From assembly GCA_964016885.1 (NCBI GenBank), contig OZ024742.1, positions 60,264,001 to 60,328,000 on the forward strand: 64,000 nt of DNA. Reading direction: 5' to 3'. The stretch is from Eledone cirrhosa (lineage: Eukaryota). Of this stretch, positions 24,807 through 43,349 are shown piece after piece; position 1 is the first letter of the stretch, and each line of letters opens with the position of its first letter. A program made the position numbers and the translations under genes. Under the pieces are notes generated by a model that saw nothing but the letters and a program-made list of their open reading frames with translations, ran no database searches and had not been told where the DNA came from.

Positions 24807-27219
24807 ACTATTAATTCTACAGCATAAACACCACAACAAATACTACCAGCAGCATTATCATCATCATGATTAAAGAACTTCTAAACTACTAATAACAATA
24901 CCACTGTCAACGATCCCATGTGGTAGCCCAACCTGCTATAAATAGCAATCAAAATTACAGCAAATCACACCTTACCATCCCCAAAATTAAAACTAAAATA
25001 AAACTATTATGTTTGGAATAGAGACATGAATGGATTGTATATGATCAGATATCTATCTTATACAGTATATCAATGTGAACTGATCCCGGACTAAAATTCT
25101 GCAATGGGAGGGTCCTTTATTTACATGTCTGTATGTCGTCCCATTCATATTTAGTCAGTGAAAATCAATTGAAAAGAACACGGCTCCAACTATAGGTCCT
25201 TGCTGCAAATCACGTGGCATTGTACAATGTTGGAAGACAATATTACTATTATTATCACACCTACAATTACTACATCTAACACTATTACCACTAATAGCAC
25301 TAACATGGAAACTAACAGCAACTACATTACTAACAACACGGACGCAAACACCAGCAACCACAACACTATCAACAAAAGCACCGACAACACTACTCCCTAC
25401 ACCAAAACAATATAACCCGAACAGTAGTGCGACAGCTATCAACGCCAATAACAACGCCACCTGTAACACCAACGCAATCGTGACCATATACTACCGGCTC
25501 AATATAATCATCGCTATCATCACTATAAAGGTCAACGTCGTTACTATCACCTACACAACTACTAACATCACTGCAATAAACAACCCTACTACAATCACCA
25601 CTACCAATATCACTATTAACATAAACACAACTACTGACGCCACTATAATCAACACCACTCATACCACCAACACTATTTACTACATAATAACACAAATCTA
25701 CTACCACCACTACCACCAACACCATTTACAACATCAAAACCCCAAAACTGCCAGAGCCGCTACCAATATCAACATCACTACAACCATTAACATAATTCCT
25801 ACTAACAATCTTCATTATCATGCCCTACCAACTCAGCTACAAACACCAACATCGGTACCAATAACTTACCTAAGAACACCAACACTTATCACCGCTGCCA
25901 ATACTATCATCAGTACAACTAACATTACCAGCAACACCACTACCAACATCATTATCAAATCTCAAATATTAATAAAGACAGCGGCGATGTAACTACAATT
26001 TCCAAAGAATAATGCCCTGACTAATATCACAAAGTAAGGTATGGATGTAGTCATCTATTTAGCTAGAAAGAGCAGTCAAATCTCCGGCAAATGACTTAAG
26101 GCATTAACATTAGATATACAACAGAATATACATTATGCTTGAAATAAATGCGGGATGGTTACGATTGAATGGTTTCTATTCTGTTCGTGGGTGGTAATTC
26201 TCTAATCTGTGGCGCCACGTACTGTGACACGTTCTTTGCAACTAGCCTTGTAGTTTCGGTCATAAACCCAGGCCCTACTGCCTGTATATCGGAGAGTAGG
26301 GTGATAAACAGATACCAGGAATTCCCTGACCGCTCTGTTTTCGTGTCGGTCCCTAAACTTACTTTTTCCACGGCAAAACTGGAAGGAATTTACCTCTCCT
26401 GGGGAAGTAGCCCCTTGAGGTGTATTGGATAATGCAACGGATGTTGCTGGCTGTTTCTTCCGCCAATGCCTTCAACATTTTGTCCGCGGGACACAACTGA
26501 GCTATACCGCCTAGGCTGGGGTATAGAATCTACCAGACCCTACATCTTCTTTAACTTTCGTTATTTAATTTTTTGTTCTCTTTCTTTTTCTATTTTTTTT
26601 TATTGCAAACATATAATCTACGTGAAATATGTCTAAAACAATATACAACTATCAATGCGAACCGATCTTTCATGGGTTCAGGCCTTGCAATGGGAGGTTC
26701 CTTCATTCACATGGCTATATATGGTGCCATTCATATTTAGTCAATGAAAATCAGTTGATCAGAAAACACCTCCCACTACACCTCAAAGCTGCCAGTCACG
26801 TGGCGTTTTACAGATACTGTAAGTCAATATCACTATTTATTATCACATGTACAACTACTCCAACTAAAACTACTACCACTAATACCAATACTATGAACGT
26901 CAACAACAACGAAACTACTACCGAAACCAATACAACTACAACTAACACCCATACTACCTTTAACAACACCCTCAGTACCAACACGAACACCAGTTCTACT
27001 ACCACCTACACTACAATCATTAACACCAACAGTAACATTACTACCAACACCACTAGCTCTAACACCCCCACCACACAAGCATAGCTGCCGACTCCAACGC
27101 CACTACCAACTTTGACACCACAAATAACACTAACACCAATAACACCACCAACCCCAGCACTACCAACTCCAACACCAGTACTAACAACAACACTATCACA
27201 AGAAATAACATTAACACCA

Positions 27220-27980
27220 ACACCACTAACAACACGACCACCACTAACAACTTTGACACTATTAACAACAACAACAACAACAACACCGCTAACAACTTTG
27301 ACACTATTAACAACAACAACAACACGACCACCACTAACAACACGAACGCCACTAACAACTTTGACACTATTAACAACAACAACAACACCGCTAACAACAC
27401 GACCACCACTAACAACACGAACGCCACTAACAACTTTGACACTATTAACAACAACAACAACACCGCTAACAACACGACCTCCACTAACAACACGACCACC
27501 ACTAACAACTTTGACACTATTAACAACAACAACAACACCGCTAACAACACGACCTCCACTAACAACACGACCACCACTAACAACTTTGACACTATTAACA
27601 ACAACAGCAACACCGCTAACAACACGACCACCACTAACAACACGACCACCACTAACAACTTTGACACTAACAACAACAACAACACCAACACCACTAACAA
27701 CACGACCACCACTAACAACTTTGACACTATTAACAACAACAACACGAACACCACTAACAACACCACCACCACTAACAACTTTGACACTATTAACAACAAC
27801 ACGACCACCACTAACAACAACACCAACACCGCTAACAACACGACCACCACTAACAACTTTGACACTATTAACAACAACAACACGAACACCACTAACAACT
27901 TTGACACTATTAACAACAACAACACGAACACCACTAACAACTTTGACACTATTAACAACAACAACACGAACTCCACTAAC
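27220..27980. repeat. Young composite minisatellite (CCACTAACAACTTTGACACTATTAACAACA... / CCACTAACAACACGACCA)
   Basis: Near-identical units with lengths in multiples of 3; open as a Thr/Pro/Leu-rich ORF 27112-28086. Confidence 0.9.
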
Positions 27981-29328
27981 CACCACCATCATTATCAACT
28001 TCAATACTAATACATCTATTAATATCGCTAACAACAACACCACCACTACCAATTTAACACTACTAACAGCACCGCAAGCACTATGAACTTCACCAACAAA
28101 AACAACAGCAATAACACATCAAACAACGCTAATACAATTAACAAACTCTTGAAAAACTCACCAACAAATTTTAACTCCACGAATACCACTAAGAAGTCAA
28201 CTAGCTCCAGTTACAGTAGAAATATCACCACCACTACCATCGACACCACCATTACCACTATAACAAATAAACCTTAGGATGATTATCATAAGCAAAATCA
28301 ATATAAAAAAAACCCACTACCAGAACCATTAACATCAACACCACTATCAACTGCAATACCAATACTAACAACACCACTAAAAATATAAACACCGATACCA
28401 CCGCAAACACCACTGCTAACAAAAAGACCGATACCATAAACAACATTGCAAACTACACTATACCCACATCAGAAAAACAAAACAAAACAATACTACCAAC
28501 ACCAACACCACTACAAACACCCCTACCAACCCAGACAACAATACTAAGAATACCATTGAAACTATATTGCACTAACCCCAAAACCACAAAAAAATTACTA
28601 CTACCAATACCTAACATTACTACAAACACTACTAACAACACCACCGACACCATAACAGCAAACACTACTACAAACAACACTATCCACACCACCGCCAACT
28701 CTGAAATGGGAGGGTCCTTCATTCACATGTCTGTATATGGTGCCATTCATATTTAGTGAGTGAAGTCAATTGACCAGAACTTACCACCCACTACACCTTA
28801 TTGCTGCCAGTCACGTGGCATTGTACATTACTGGAAGTCAATATCACTATATATTACCATTACTACTACCAATACAAATACCACCCCAGCAGAATTACCA
28901 CTAACTATAACACCATCACCAACATCACCACCACTACAAGCTATAACAACGCAAACAGGACCAAGAAACACTAATAAAGATTTCCAATTTAGGAACAAGG
29001 CCGGCAATTTGTGGGGTGGAGAGTCTATCATACGCCCCAGAGTTTCTCTGGAACTTTATCATCCTCGATAGGATGAAAGGCAAAGGTGACCTCTGCGGGA
29101 TTTGAGTTAGAACTTAAAAATCCCGAACAATTACTTCTAAGCAAATGTCTGATGCACTAGTGCCTCTGTTAAATAATTATGCTTAATAATTGTTTCTACT
29201 TTTTTTTTCTACTTTTTATGCTTAATAATGATTTCAAACTTAGACTGAAGTCTCGCAAATTTGGAAGAAGAGAATTCGATTATATCGAATCAGTATTTTA
29301 CTGGTACTTTATTTTGTCAAACCCATTT

Positions 29329-29520
29329 GGGCGGGTGGGTTGTCAGTATTGGTAGAAGGCCGGACGCCATGCTTTGTAGCATAGCGGTGCGGCCCTTTAC
29401 AGTCTGAGTTCAAATCCCGCCGAGGTTAACTTTGCCTTTCACCATTAAGAGGGCGATGAAATAAAGCACCGGTAATGCACTGGGATAATTGGTGGCTTTG
29501 TGCCAAAAGTAGAAACTATT
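29329..29520 (+). mobile_element. Meta-type SINE; further decayed copies cluster at 28980-30420
   Basis: GAGTTCAAATCCCGCCGAGGTTAACTTTGCCTTTCA. Confidence 0.8.
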
Positions 29521-29644
29521 TTATCAAACCCGGAGTGATGAATGGTAAGCTTTAATTTCGTGACGATTTCAACATTAAGAGTCGTAACTAAACGTCGCAT
29601 GGCATTATGCCCTGCGCTCTGACATTCTTGCCAATCAAAACACA

Positions 29645-29682
<38 letters not shown>

Positions 29683-30657
29683 CATTCATACATTGGCACA
29701 AGGCGGCAAAGTTTTTGAGATGGGCAGATGAAATATATCGATCCATCACTTAACTGGCACTTTAATTTATAAACACCGGAACTGATGGAAGGCAATTTTG
29801 ACCTCCACGAGATTTGAGCTCAACATATTGCTACTTAAGAAATATATATCGTTTAATGACTTTAAGGTTTTTTTTCCATTTCACCTGATATATTTTTGAG
29901 TAAATCAATCGTAGTGTCTGACTGCTGCTATATTTCAACAACCTTAAAAGGATGAAAGAAAAACTTAACCTGGGTGGGATTTGAAATCAGAACCAAAAAC
30001 ATAAGAATACATAACACATGTAATTTTGCCCAACATGCTAAAGATTTTGCTAATAATACTAGTAAGAATTTCTAACATTCGAACTAGGGCAACAATTTAA
30101 TGGATTGACGAAGCAATCGATGTTATTAGCCTCCGTATTTGACTCAACATTGATTCTACTGACCCCAAATAAATAGAAAGTAAGATGGGCTTTGATGGCA
30201 TTGGAATTTAGTTAGTAAAGAACCGGAATAAATAAGATTTACGCAAATAATAATTTTTTCTAACACTGACACACAGTCAGCAATTTGGAGTAAGGGAAAA
30301 GTCAATTATATCAATCCCCTGGTACTTTATTTTATGAACCCGGAAGTATGGAAGGCAATGTTGACATCGGCCAGATTTCAACCTAGAAAGTAAAAGTCCG
30401 TAACTAAATGCCGCAAAGCATCAGCCACTACTGTTTCGTTTGCTTTCAGATATACAGGTAAACACAGAAAACAGGTGTATGCTGGCATGTTAACTGAAGA
30501 TGGTGTTTACTTGGACGATATGTTGGAATAGTGTAAATACTTGGAATGTATGTAAGTATGATGCTTAGCTGCAGGATATGTAGTGAGATTTATACACATA
30601 TGTAAAAAGCCCATACGCATCTACGAGGATATACATACACGTAGATACATTTATAAA

Positions 30658-30690
<33 letters not shown>

Positions 30691-31266
30691 TACGTAAAAA
30701 ACATAAAAGGATGTATGTACATCGAGTGCGTCTGATTAATTACACAAATACATACACATACAGACACCCACACGCACACACATACACATACCTAAAACGA
30801 ACAATGTTTGAATAAAAGACCCAATGCATGGGAAGTATAATATATAATTTATGAACAAAGACTACCAAATTTCGCTGAGTTAGTAGCTTATACAATCTGT
30901 GTAATATATAATAATATTGATACTAAAATCTAAAGAATATATATGCATGTGTGTTAACTGACATCGACCTCTAACACCTGATGGAGTTATGGGGGCATAT
31001 TAAACCTAGTGTAACCCACCTCACTCCAAGTCTGAAAACAATCAATTTATTCGAGAGAGAAAGAAGGTGTGTAAGAAGGAAATGTAGAAGAAAAATCCAC
31101 TTGTATTGTACGTTTCACATTGAACTCGAATGGCTGGAAGGCGGAGGTAATTTTGATGGGATTTGAAATCAGAGCACTGGAATAAATACTGCACAGAATG
31201 ATATCGGATAACCAGACGACCTGTCAATTCAACATATCTCTACTTCTCTGAATGTGTGTGTGTATG

Positions 31267-31341
<75 letters not shown>

Positions 31342-31870
31342 CTGGGTATATGTTAATGTGTCACTTAATGTCCCATAATTTAGCATTTTGAAAAATGCAA
31401 ATCAATACAATGACTAGCAGAGGTCTAGATGATTGATGAGCAACTTGAACCAGTTGCCTGATCCAGCATTGTTAACACCCAACGTTCAAATCCATTAAAA
31501 GAATAAAAGTATAAATATAAAAATGCATATGATCATACATACATATGATCATACATGCGCAAACTAAGCATACAACACACAAAAACAAGATGGCATAGGA
31601 CAGAACAAAGGCGAGGCACAAAACAAAGAAAAGAATCCCCAGTCACTGAAGAGGTCATATACTGTGTGACGAAAGAACTTTGACAATATATGAACAACCG
31701 CCCGGTTGTGGAAACAAACAACCAACCGGAAATTTATAAATTTTTAAATTTATAATTTAATTTATAATAAATTGGAGTGAAAGCGATGGTGCGTGTGTTT
31801 CTTATTGGCAACATGACCCTCCCAAAGTATAACAATATATATACGTATGTATATATATATATAGATATAG

Positions 31871-31935
<65 letters not shown>

Positions 31936-32404
31936 TGTGTATGGGATGTATGTATTTGTCTGTTACATTAGGGGACATTACCTTGTCTATGGCCATCATA
32001 CACGAAAAATATTATCAGTATTCTTACCTTAGAGAATGAAAGATTTCCCTGTCTTCTCTTAACTAATTCCGATTTCAAACACACAACACAAACAACAACT
32101 ACGACTACAATAATAGGAAACACACCTATACCACTAACAGCAGCTATAATAGTAACAACAGTAGTAATAGTAGTAGAACTAGCGGCAACAACAACAACGC
32201 CAACGACAAAATCATCCCTGTGTATATATATGTATGTATACATATGTGTATCTTTGCGTATATATATATATCCCTTACACAATTCTACATACTAATGCAA
32301 TACGCGTAATCAATCTTACACCTACCTATATACACGCTGTCAACGAATATAGAGAAAGTGACAGGTGAGGGAAAGAGCGAAAGTGTGAGGCACATGGACA
32401 GAGC

Positions 32405-32445
<41 letters not shown>

Positions 32446-32684
32446 AAAATGAGAGGGGTGATGAATAGAGGAAAAGAAGAAGGGGGTGGAGACGGGAGAT
32501 AGAGAGAGAAAGGAAGACCTACAGAGAGTGGAGTGAGGGATGGAGAGGATTGAGAAAAGGGAAATACATTATATGCACACATGCATACGCATTTAAACAT
32601 CTGTTCATACATATATGCAACGATATCTATAGCACACACATACGTCTATGCATATACCTATATGTATATATGTGTGTGCATGCA

Positions 32685-32722
<38 letters not shown>

Positions 32723-34055
32723 TATATATATATATAAATATGTATATATATCCACATATATATATATATATAAAAACTCTACTGACCCATTGAGAAATCA
32801 ACGTACACATGCAGTAAATATGAAAACAAAGCATGTTTGTATATATATATATATGTGTGTGTGTGTTAATCTCATTCCCACACACATCTACACAGAAGTA
32901 CACACATAGGAATACAAACAAACACTTAACATAATTATACACACATAATACCACGCATGCACACCTGTGTACATTCATTCCCAGACCGACATGTGCACAC
33001 ATACGCATACTCACTAACTTAAACACAGGCTCAAGCTTCTGCACAACATAAACATCAGACATGCAACACCTGTATACACACAGCCATAGCAAATCACACA
33101 TGTACACAAACACTCAAACGAACATAAATACATTCACATATATACCTACACACACAAACAACAAATCTATACACCATTAACAACACCCGTGTGCACATGT
33201 GCACTTTCCATCGCTGCCACATATGTACATGCTTACTCCCAGAAATTCCCTCACACACACACACACACAACCCCCCCTCCCAGACCCCCACACACACACA
33301 TACGCACGCACACACACACACACTCACATACGTACACACACAACATAACTATGTATCAAGACACATGCGCAACAATATCTCACAGAGGGCTGGGAAAAAT
33401 GAAAAGAAAAATAAAATGAATGAAAAACGAAGGGAATATAAGAAGACCAACCAACGCTAGTCTAATTATACACCCACTCAATGTTCACTCTAACGCCTAC
33501 ACACTACGATATTGGTGTTTTGCTGGAAGCTATATATCCAACCACCAAGCCAGGCTTGTTGCAGACGACGTTGTTACAGTTATAGTAGTATCAGCATCTG
33601 CACCACAGCATCACCTGACCTCCCTTGCTCAATAACAATAAGAATACTAATAATAATCCATTCATTCATCCAACGCCCCATACACATGTATATAACAAAT
33701 GAATGGTATATGTGTGTGTATATATACATACGCACACACACACACACACACTCCCATATATGTATATACATATTCATACATTTGTTTATATATACATATT
33801 CATACATTTGTTTATATATTTGATGTCTTCGCTGTATAGTCCCCCAATGCAATACTGTGCGCTGTGGTCTGATGCGGCGTGGTCTAGTGTCCGCTTCCTT
33901 CTTACTCAATAACTGCTGATCAAGCCATATATCTGTCATCAAAGATGTTCCAGACGTCACTATTTAATGTTGTCCGTTATTCAATATTTCTGATTTAATG
34001 CCTGTCTTCCAACGTATTCCAGTTGTGGCCATCCAGTTTATTACTTATAGCTCCA

Positions 34056-35883
<1,828 letters not shown>

Positions 35884-37866
35884 AAAAAACATAACCTCCA
35901 AAACAACATAATGTCCCTCATCAACAATCAGAGAAGAGCTGAAGAGGCCTGGGCCATTGAGAAGATCAAACTCAATCCCAAAGTGTTCTTTTCATTTGCA
36001 AAAAAACACAAAATCACTGGCTCTACTGTTGGCCCTCTAATTGATGAAAATGGCACTCTTCAAGACAATGCTAAAACCATGGGTGAGATACTGCAGAAAC
36101 AATACTGCTGTGTTTTCAGCAATCCTGATATGGCCGATCTGGGCTGTATCGGCGATGTTACTCCCCATTACACCTTATCGGACATAACGTTTGGTGCCCC
36201 TGATGTCTTGGCGGCAATAAAGGAAATCAAGCATAATTCAGCAGTAGGTCCCGATAGGTTCCCTGCTTGTGTCTTGAAGGCGTGTCAACACCAACTTGCT
36301 TCTCCTCTTGCCAATCTGTGGCGGAACTCACTGGATGCTGGATATGTGCCAGAAAACCTTCTATCCCAGTCTGTTGTCCCAGTTTTCAAAAAGGGAAACA
36401 AATCCCTTGCCGTGAATTACCGTCCAATCTCACTCACCTCTCATATCATTAAGGTATTTGAGCGAGTGGTGAGATCGCGAATGACCCACTTCCTTGAGAG
36501 TAACAATATGCTGAACTCCAACCAGCATGGATTCCGTAATGGAAGGGATTGCCTGACGCAACTACTGCATCACTTTGATGACATTTTGAGAGCCTTGGGA
36601 GAGGGTTCCAACACTGATGTTATCTACCTTGATTTCAGCAAGGCCTTTGACAGGGTTGATCATAACATTCTACTGAGAAAGCTGTCCAATATTGGAGTCA
36701 CTGGAAAGCTGCTGCAGTGGATCAAGAGCTTCCTGTCAAACAGAACCCAACATGTTGTAGTTGAGGGAGTCAAATCAAGCCCAGCCAAAGTCAGTAGTGG
36801 AGTCCCACAAGGCACTGTGTTGGGCCCACTTCTCTTCATCATCTATATTAATGACATCACTGACATCATCAAACACAGCAACATTAAAATTTTCGCTGAT
36901 GATTCCAAGCTCCAAAAGGTCATCAATGGCGTGGATGACCGGATAAGCCTTCAGTCAGACCTACTGGCTGTTACCCAATGGGCAGAAAAGAACAACATGT
37001 TACTGAACGAAGACAAATTCGAACTGATCCACTTTGGAAAAGAGGATGCTCTGAAACTCCCGTACTCCCTTCCCTCCGGGGAAACTCTCGTGGCATCTAA
37101 CAACATCAGAGACTTGGGAGTAACCGTGGACAGCAACATAAGCTGGACCACGCATATAAGCAGCAAAGTTGACATGGCCCGCAGAATGTGTTCCTGGATC
37201 CTCAGAACCTTCCAGTCGAGAGATTCCCGCACCATTATCCTTCTCTTCTCTACTTTCGCCCGACCACACCTTGAATACTGTTGTCCACTGTGGTCTCCCC
37301 ACACGAAACAAAGTATCATGAAACTTGAAGCTCCTCAAAGGGCAATCACGAAAAAGATAGATGGCATGTCAGACCTTGACTACTGGGGTCGATTGGAAAA
37401 CCTGAAACTTTACTCACTCCAACGTCGCCGTGAGCGTTATATTATCTGCATGATGTGGAAAATGTTCCATCATCACTGCCCAAATGATGTGGGCATCGCC
37501 TTCAAGATACACACAAGGCTTGGGCCCCGTGCTATCCGTCCCATTCAAAAATCTAAATCGCAACTCATAACAACAATACGGCACAATTATTTCACCTCAA
37601 TCGGCCCTGCTCTCTTCAACATCACACCAGGACACGTCAAAACAGAAACTGACCACACAAAATTCAAGAAGTCTTTGGACAAATTCCTCCAAGTAATCCC
37701 GGACAAACCACCCACACCCGGATATGTCTCCGCAAACAGTAATTCTCTTCTCGAATGGGCCATGGTGCCCAAATCCTGAATTGAAAGACTTCGCCAGGTG
37801 GTGCTATTAAGTTAGACATGGCCTGGGCCAATACTGGCCAAAACATTTCAAAGTTATTCAAAGTTA
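35884..37866 (+). mobile_element. CR1-type LINE (family B), 5'-truncated, young, inserted in (TA)n; tail (TTCAAAGTTA)2
   Basis: Uninterrupted RT frame; short 3' UTR with hairpin TGGCC..GGCCAATACTGGCC; (TA)n on both sides. Confidence 0.93.
35911..37779 (+). CDS. LINE ORF2 reverse transcriptase portion (endonuclease lost), 622 aa, no disablements
   Basis: [67 protein letters not shown]. Confidence 0.88.
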   Translation: MSLINNQRRAEEAWAIEKIKLNPKVFFSFAKKHKITGSTVGPLIDENGTLQDNAKTMGEILQKQYCCVFSNPDMADLGCIGDVTPHYTLSDITFGAPDVLAAIKEIKHNSAVGPDRFPACVLKACQHQLASPLANLWRNSLDAGYVPENLLSQSVVPVFKKGNKSLAVNYRPISLTSHIIKVFERVVRSRMTHFLESNNMLNSNQHGFRNGRDCLTQLLHHFDDILRALGEGSNTDVIYLDFSKAFDRVDHNILLRKLSNIGVTGKLLQWIKSFLSNRTQHVVVEGVKSSPAKVSSGVPQGTVLGPLLFIIYINDITDIIKHSNIKIFADDSKLQKVINGVDDRISLQSDLLAVTQWAEKNNMLLNEDKFELIHFGKEDALKLPYSLPSGETLVASNNIRDLGVTVDSNISWTTHISSKVDMARRMCSWILRTFQSRDSRTIILLFSTFARPHLEYCCPLWSPHTKQSIMKLEAPQRAITKKIDGMSDLDYWGRLENLKLYSLQRRRERYIICMMWKMFHHHCPNDVGIAFKIHTRLGPRAIRPIQKSKSQLITTIRHNYFTSIGPALFNITPGHVKTETDHTKFKKSLDKFLQVIPDKPPTPGYVSANSNSLLEWAMVPKS

Positions 37867-37908
37867 TATATGTATATATATATATATGTGAATATATATA
37901 TATATACG

Positions 37909-37945
<37 letters not shown>

Positions 37946-37966
37946 GTGAATATATATATATATACG

Positions 37967-38004
<38 letters not shown>

Positions 38005-38043
38005 TATGTATATTATATATATGTGAATATATATATATATACG

Positions 38044-38074
<31 letters not shown>

Positions 38075-38123
38075 TTATATATATATGTATATATATATAT
38101 ATGTGAATATATATATATATACG

Positions 38124-38154
<31 letters not shown>

Positions 38155-38176
38155 TATATATATATATGTATATATG

Positions 38177-38207
<31 letters not shown>

Positions 38208-38208
38208 G

Positions 38209-38309
<101 letters not shown>

Positions 38310-38324
38310 GTATATATATATATG

Positions 38325-38379
<55 letters not shown>

Positions 38380-38526
38380 GTGTATATATATATATGTGTA
38401 TATATATATATATGTATATATATATATGTGTATATATATACATATATATGTATATATATATATGTGTATATATATACATATATATGTATATATATATATA
38501 CATATATATGTATATATATATATGTG

Positions 38527-38575
<49 letters not shown>

Positions 38576-38630
38576 GTATATATATATTTATGTATATATA
38601 TGTGTATATATATGTATATAAATATATATG

Positions 38631-38804
<174 letters not shown>

Positions 38805-38940
38805 CATATATACATATATATATATGTATATATATATATACATATATACATATATATATATGTATTTATATATATACATATATATACATATATATATATA
38901 CATATATATACATATATATATATACATATATATGTATACA

Positions 38941-38982
<42 letters not shown>

Positions 38983-39017
38983 CATATATATACATATATA
39001 TACATATATATGTATAC

Positions 39018-39054
<37 letters not shown>

Positions 39055-39212
39055 CATATATATATACATATATATATATACATATATATACATATATATA
39101 TATACATATATATGTATACATATATATATATGTAAATATATATAAACATATATATACATATATATATATACAAATATATGTATACATATATATACATATA
39201 TATATATTACAA

Positions 39213-39258
<46 letters not shown>

Positions 39259-39314
39259 TTCGTTTCTGAATTTGTTTAGCAAGATTCTTTATCTGAAATC
39301 GTGTGTTGAAACCG

Positions 39315-39411
39315 ATATTGTTATACTTTGGGAGGGTCATGTTGCCATAAGAAACACACGCACCAGTGCGTGTGTTTCTTATTGGCAACATGACCCTCCC
39401 AAAGTATAACA

Positions 39412-39415
<4 letters not shown>
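39315..39415. mobile_element. Near-perfect ~100-bp hairpin made from the 3' end of the ...CCCAAAGTATAACAA family
   Basis: The arms are reverse complements; single-arm copies at ~31775-31835, ~51282-51310 and 55971-56003, each followed by TA repeats. Confidence 0.8.
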
Positions 39416-39444
<29 letters not shown>

Positions 39445-39477
39445 CATATATATATACATATATATATATCTATATAC

Positions 39478-39508
<31 letters not shown>

Positions 39509-39638
39509 CATATATATACATACATATATATACATATATACATATACATATATATACTATATATATATACATATATATATATATACATATATATATATAC
39601 ATATATATACATACATATATATACATATATACATATAC

Positions 39639-39669
<31 letters not shown>

Positions 39670-39726
39670 CATATATATATACATATATATATATATACAT
39701 ATATATATACATACATATATATATAC

Positions 39727-39807
<81 letters not shown>

Positions 39808-40032
39808 CATATATATATACATATATATACATATATATACATATATATATACATATATATATACATATATATATACATATATATACATATATATATACAT
39901 ATATATACATATATATATACATATATATACATATATATATACATATATATATACATATATATACATATATATATACATATATATACATATATATATACAT
40001 ATATATACATACATATACATATATATACATAC

Positions 40033-40065
<33 letters not shown>

Positions 40066-40078
40066 CATATATATATAC

Positions 40079-40326
<248 letters not shown>

Positions 40327-40431
40327 ATATACATATACATATATATATATATATACACATATATATATATATATACACATATATATATATATATACATAT
40401 ATATATACATATTATATATATATATATACAC

Positions 40432-40462
<31 letters not shown>

Positions 40463-40477
40463 CATATATATATATAC

Positions 40478-40528
<51 letters not shown>

Positions 40529-40862
40529 CATATACATAAATATATATATATATACATATACATATACATATATATCTATATACATATATATATACATATA
40601 TATATATACATACATATATATATATATACATATATACATATATATATATATACATACATATATATATATACATACATATATATACATATATATATATATA
40701 TATACATATATTTATATATATATATATACATATATATATATACATATATATATACTTACATATATATTTACATATGTATACATATATATACATATATATA
40801 CATACATATATATATATATATATACTTACATATATATATACATACATATACATATATATACG

Positions 40863-40911
<49 letters not shown>

Positions 40912-40915
40912 GCAC

Positions 40916-40972
<57 letters not shown>

Positions 40973-40977
40973 CATAC

Positions 40978-41008
<31 letters not shown>

Positions 41009-41042
41009 CATATATATATATACATACATATATATATATATG

Positions 41043-41248
<206 letters not shown>

Positions 41249-41261
41249 CATATATATAATG

Positions 41262-41367
<106 letters not shown>

Positions 41368-41372
41368 TATAA

Positions 41373-41513
<141 letters not shown>

Positions 41514-41515
41514 CT

Positions 41516-41555
<40 letters not shown>

Positions 41556-41605
41556 CATATATATACATATATACATATATATATGTATATATATATATAT
41601 ATATT

Positions 41606-41656
<51 letters not shown>

Positions 41657-41657
41657 T

Positions 41658-41744
<87 letters not shown>

Positions 41745-41745
41745 T

Positions 41746-41838
<93 letters not shown>

Positions 41839-42010
41839 ATATATATATATATATTTATGTATATATATATATACATATATATATATATACATATATGTAT
41901 ATATATATATACACATATATATATACATATATATATTAATGTATATATATATATACATATGTATATATATATATACATATATATATATACATATATATAC
42001 ATATATATAC

Positions 42011-42067
<57 letters not shown>

Positions 42068-42078
42068 CATATATATAC

Positions 42079-42113
<35 letters not shown>

Positions 42114-42138
42114 GATATATATATATACATATATATAC

Positions 42139-42171
<33 letters not shown>

Positions 42172-42292
42172 GATATATATATATATATATTTATGTAGAT
42201 ATATATATACATATATATATATATACATACATATATATATATATACATATATATATATTTATGTAGATATATATATACATATATATATATAC

Positions 42293-42323
<31 letters not shown>

Positions 42324-42428
42324 CATATATATAATTATATATATATTTATGTATATATTTATATACATATATATATACATATATATATATATACACATAT
42401 ATATATATATTTATGTATATATATATAC

Positions 42429-42484
<56 letters not shown>

Positions 42485-42491
42485 TTATGTA

Positions 42492-42626
42492 TAACGAAGG
42501 AAATGTGGTAAGGAACCAGGTGGACCATAACGCACCAAAGTACTCAATACTTGAGGTAGTAGAGTGGGTAATAGGAACCAGTAAGACCCCGACAGCTGAG
42601 CTCAAGCCGTTTCGACGGCTAATTCT
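42492..42626 (-). mobile_element. GAGCTC-family element
   Basis: Reverse complement of ~11600-11735. Confidence 0.8.
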
Positions 42627-42641
42627 ATATATATATTTATG

Positions 42642-42729
<88 letters not shown>

Positions 42730-42767
42730 TATACATATATATACATATATATATACATATATATACA

Positions 42768-42817
<50 letters not shown>

Positions 42818-42862
42818 TATACATATATATACATATATATATATACATATATATACATATAT

Positions 42863-43039
<177 letters not shown>

Positions 43040-43051
43040 CATATATATACA

Positions 43052-43091
<40 letters not shown>

Positions 43092-43349
43092 CATATATAT
43101 ACATATATATATATATATATACATATATATACATATATATATATATATATACATATATAAATATATATATACATATATACATATATATACATATATATAT
43201 ATATATATACATATATAAATATAATATACATATATATACATATATACATATATATATATATATACATATATATACATATATATATATATACATATATATA
43301 TACATATATATACATATATATACATATATATATATATATACATATATAA

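Larger units (their letters stand above)
22721..28960 (+). repeat. Four copies of a ~150-175 bp module (22721-22896, 25077-25246, 26659-26833, 28699-28847), each followed by a degenerate (ACA/ACC/ACT)n tract
   Basis: Shared CATTCATATTTAGT.A.TGAA and TCACGTGGC...GTCAATATCAC-like segments. Confidence 0.8.

Noticed and set aside
25480-25992. Thr/Ile-rich 170-aa ORF and similar ORFs at 23.0-23.8 kb and 61158-61646
   Set aside because: Low-complexity (ACN)n-derived sequence with no consistent frame or splice signals
30440-30560. Possible exon after TTTGCTTTCAG (YTGKHRKQVYAGMLTEDGVYLDDMLE*)
   Set aside because: Short, no recognisable homology and no supporting neighbouring exons
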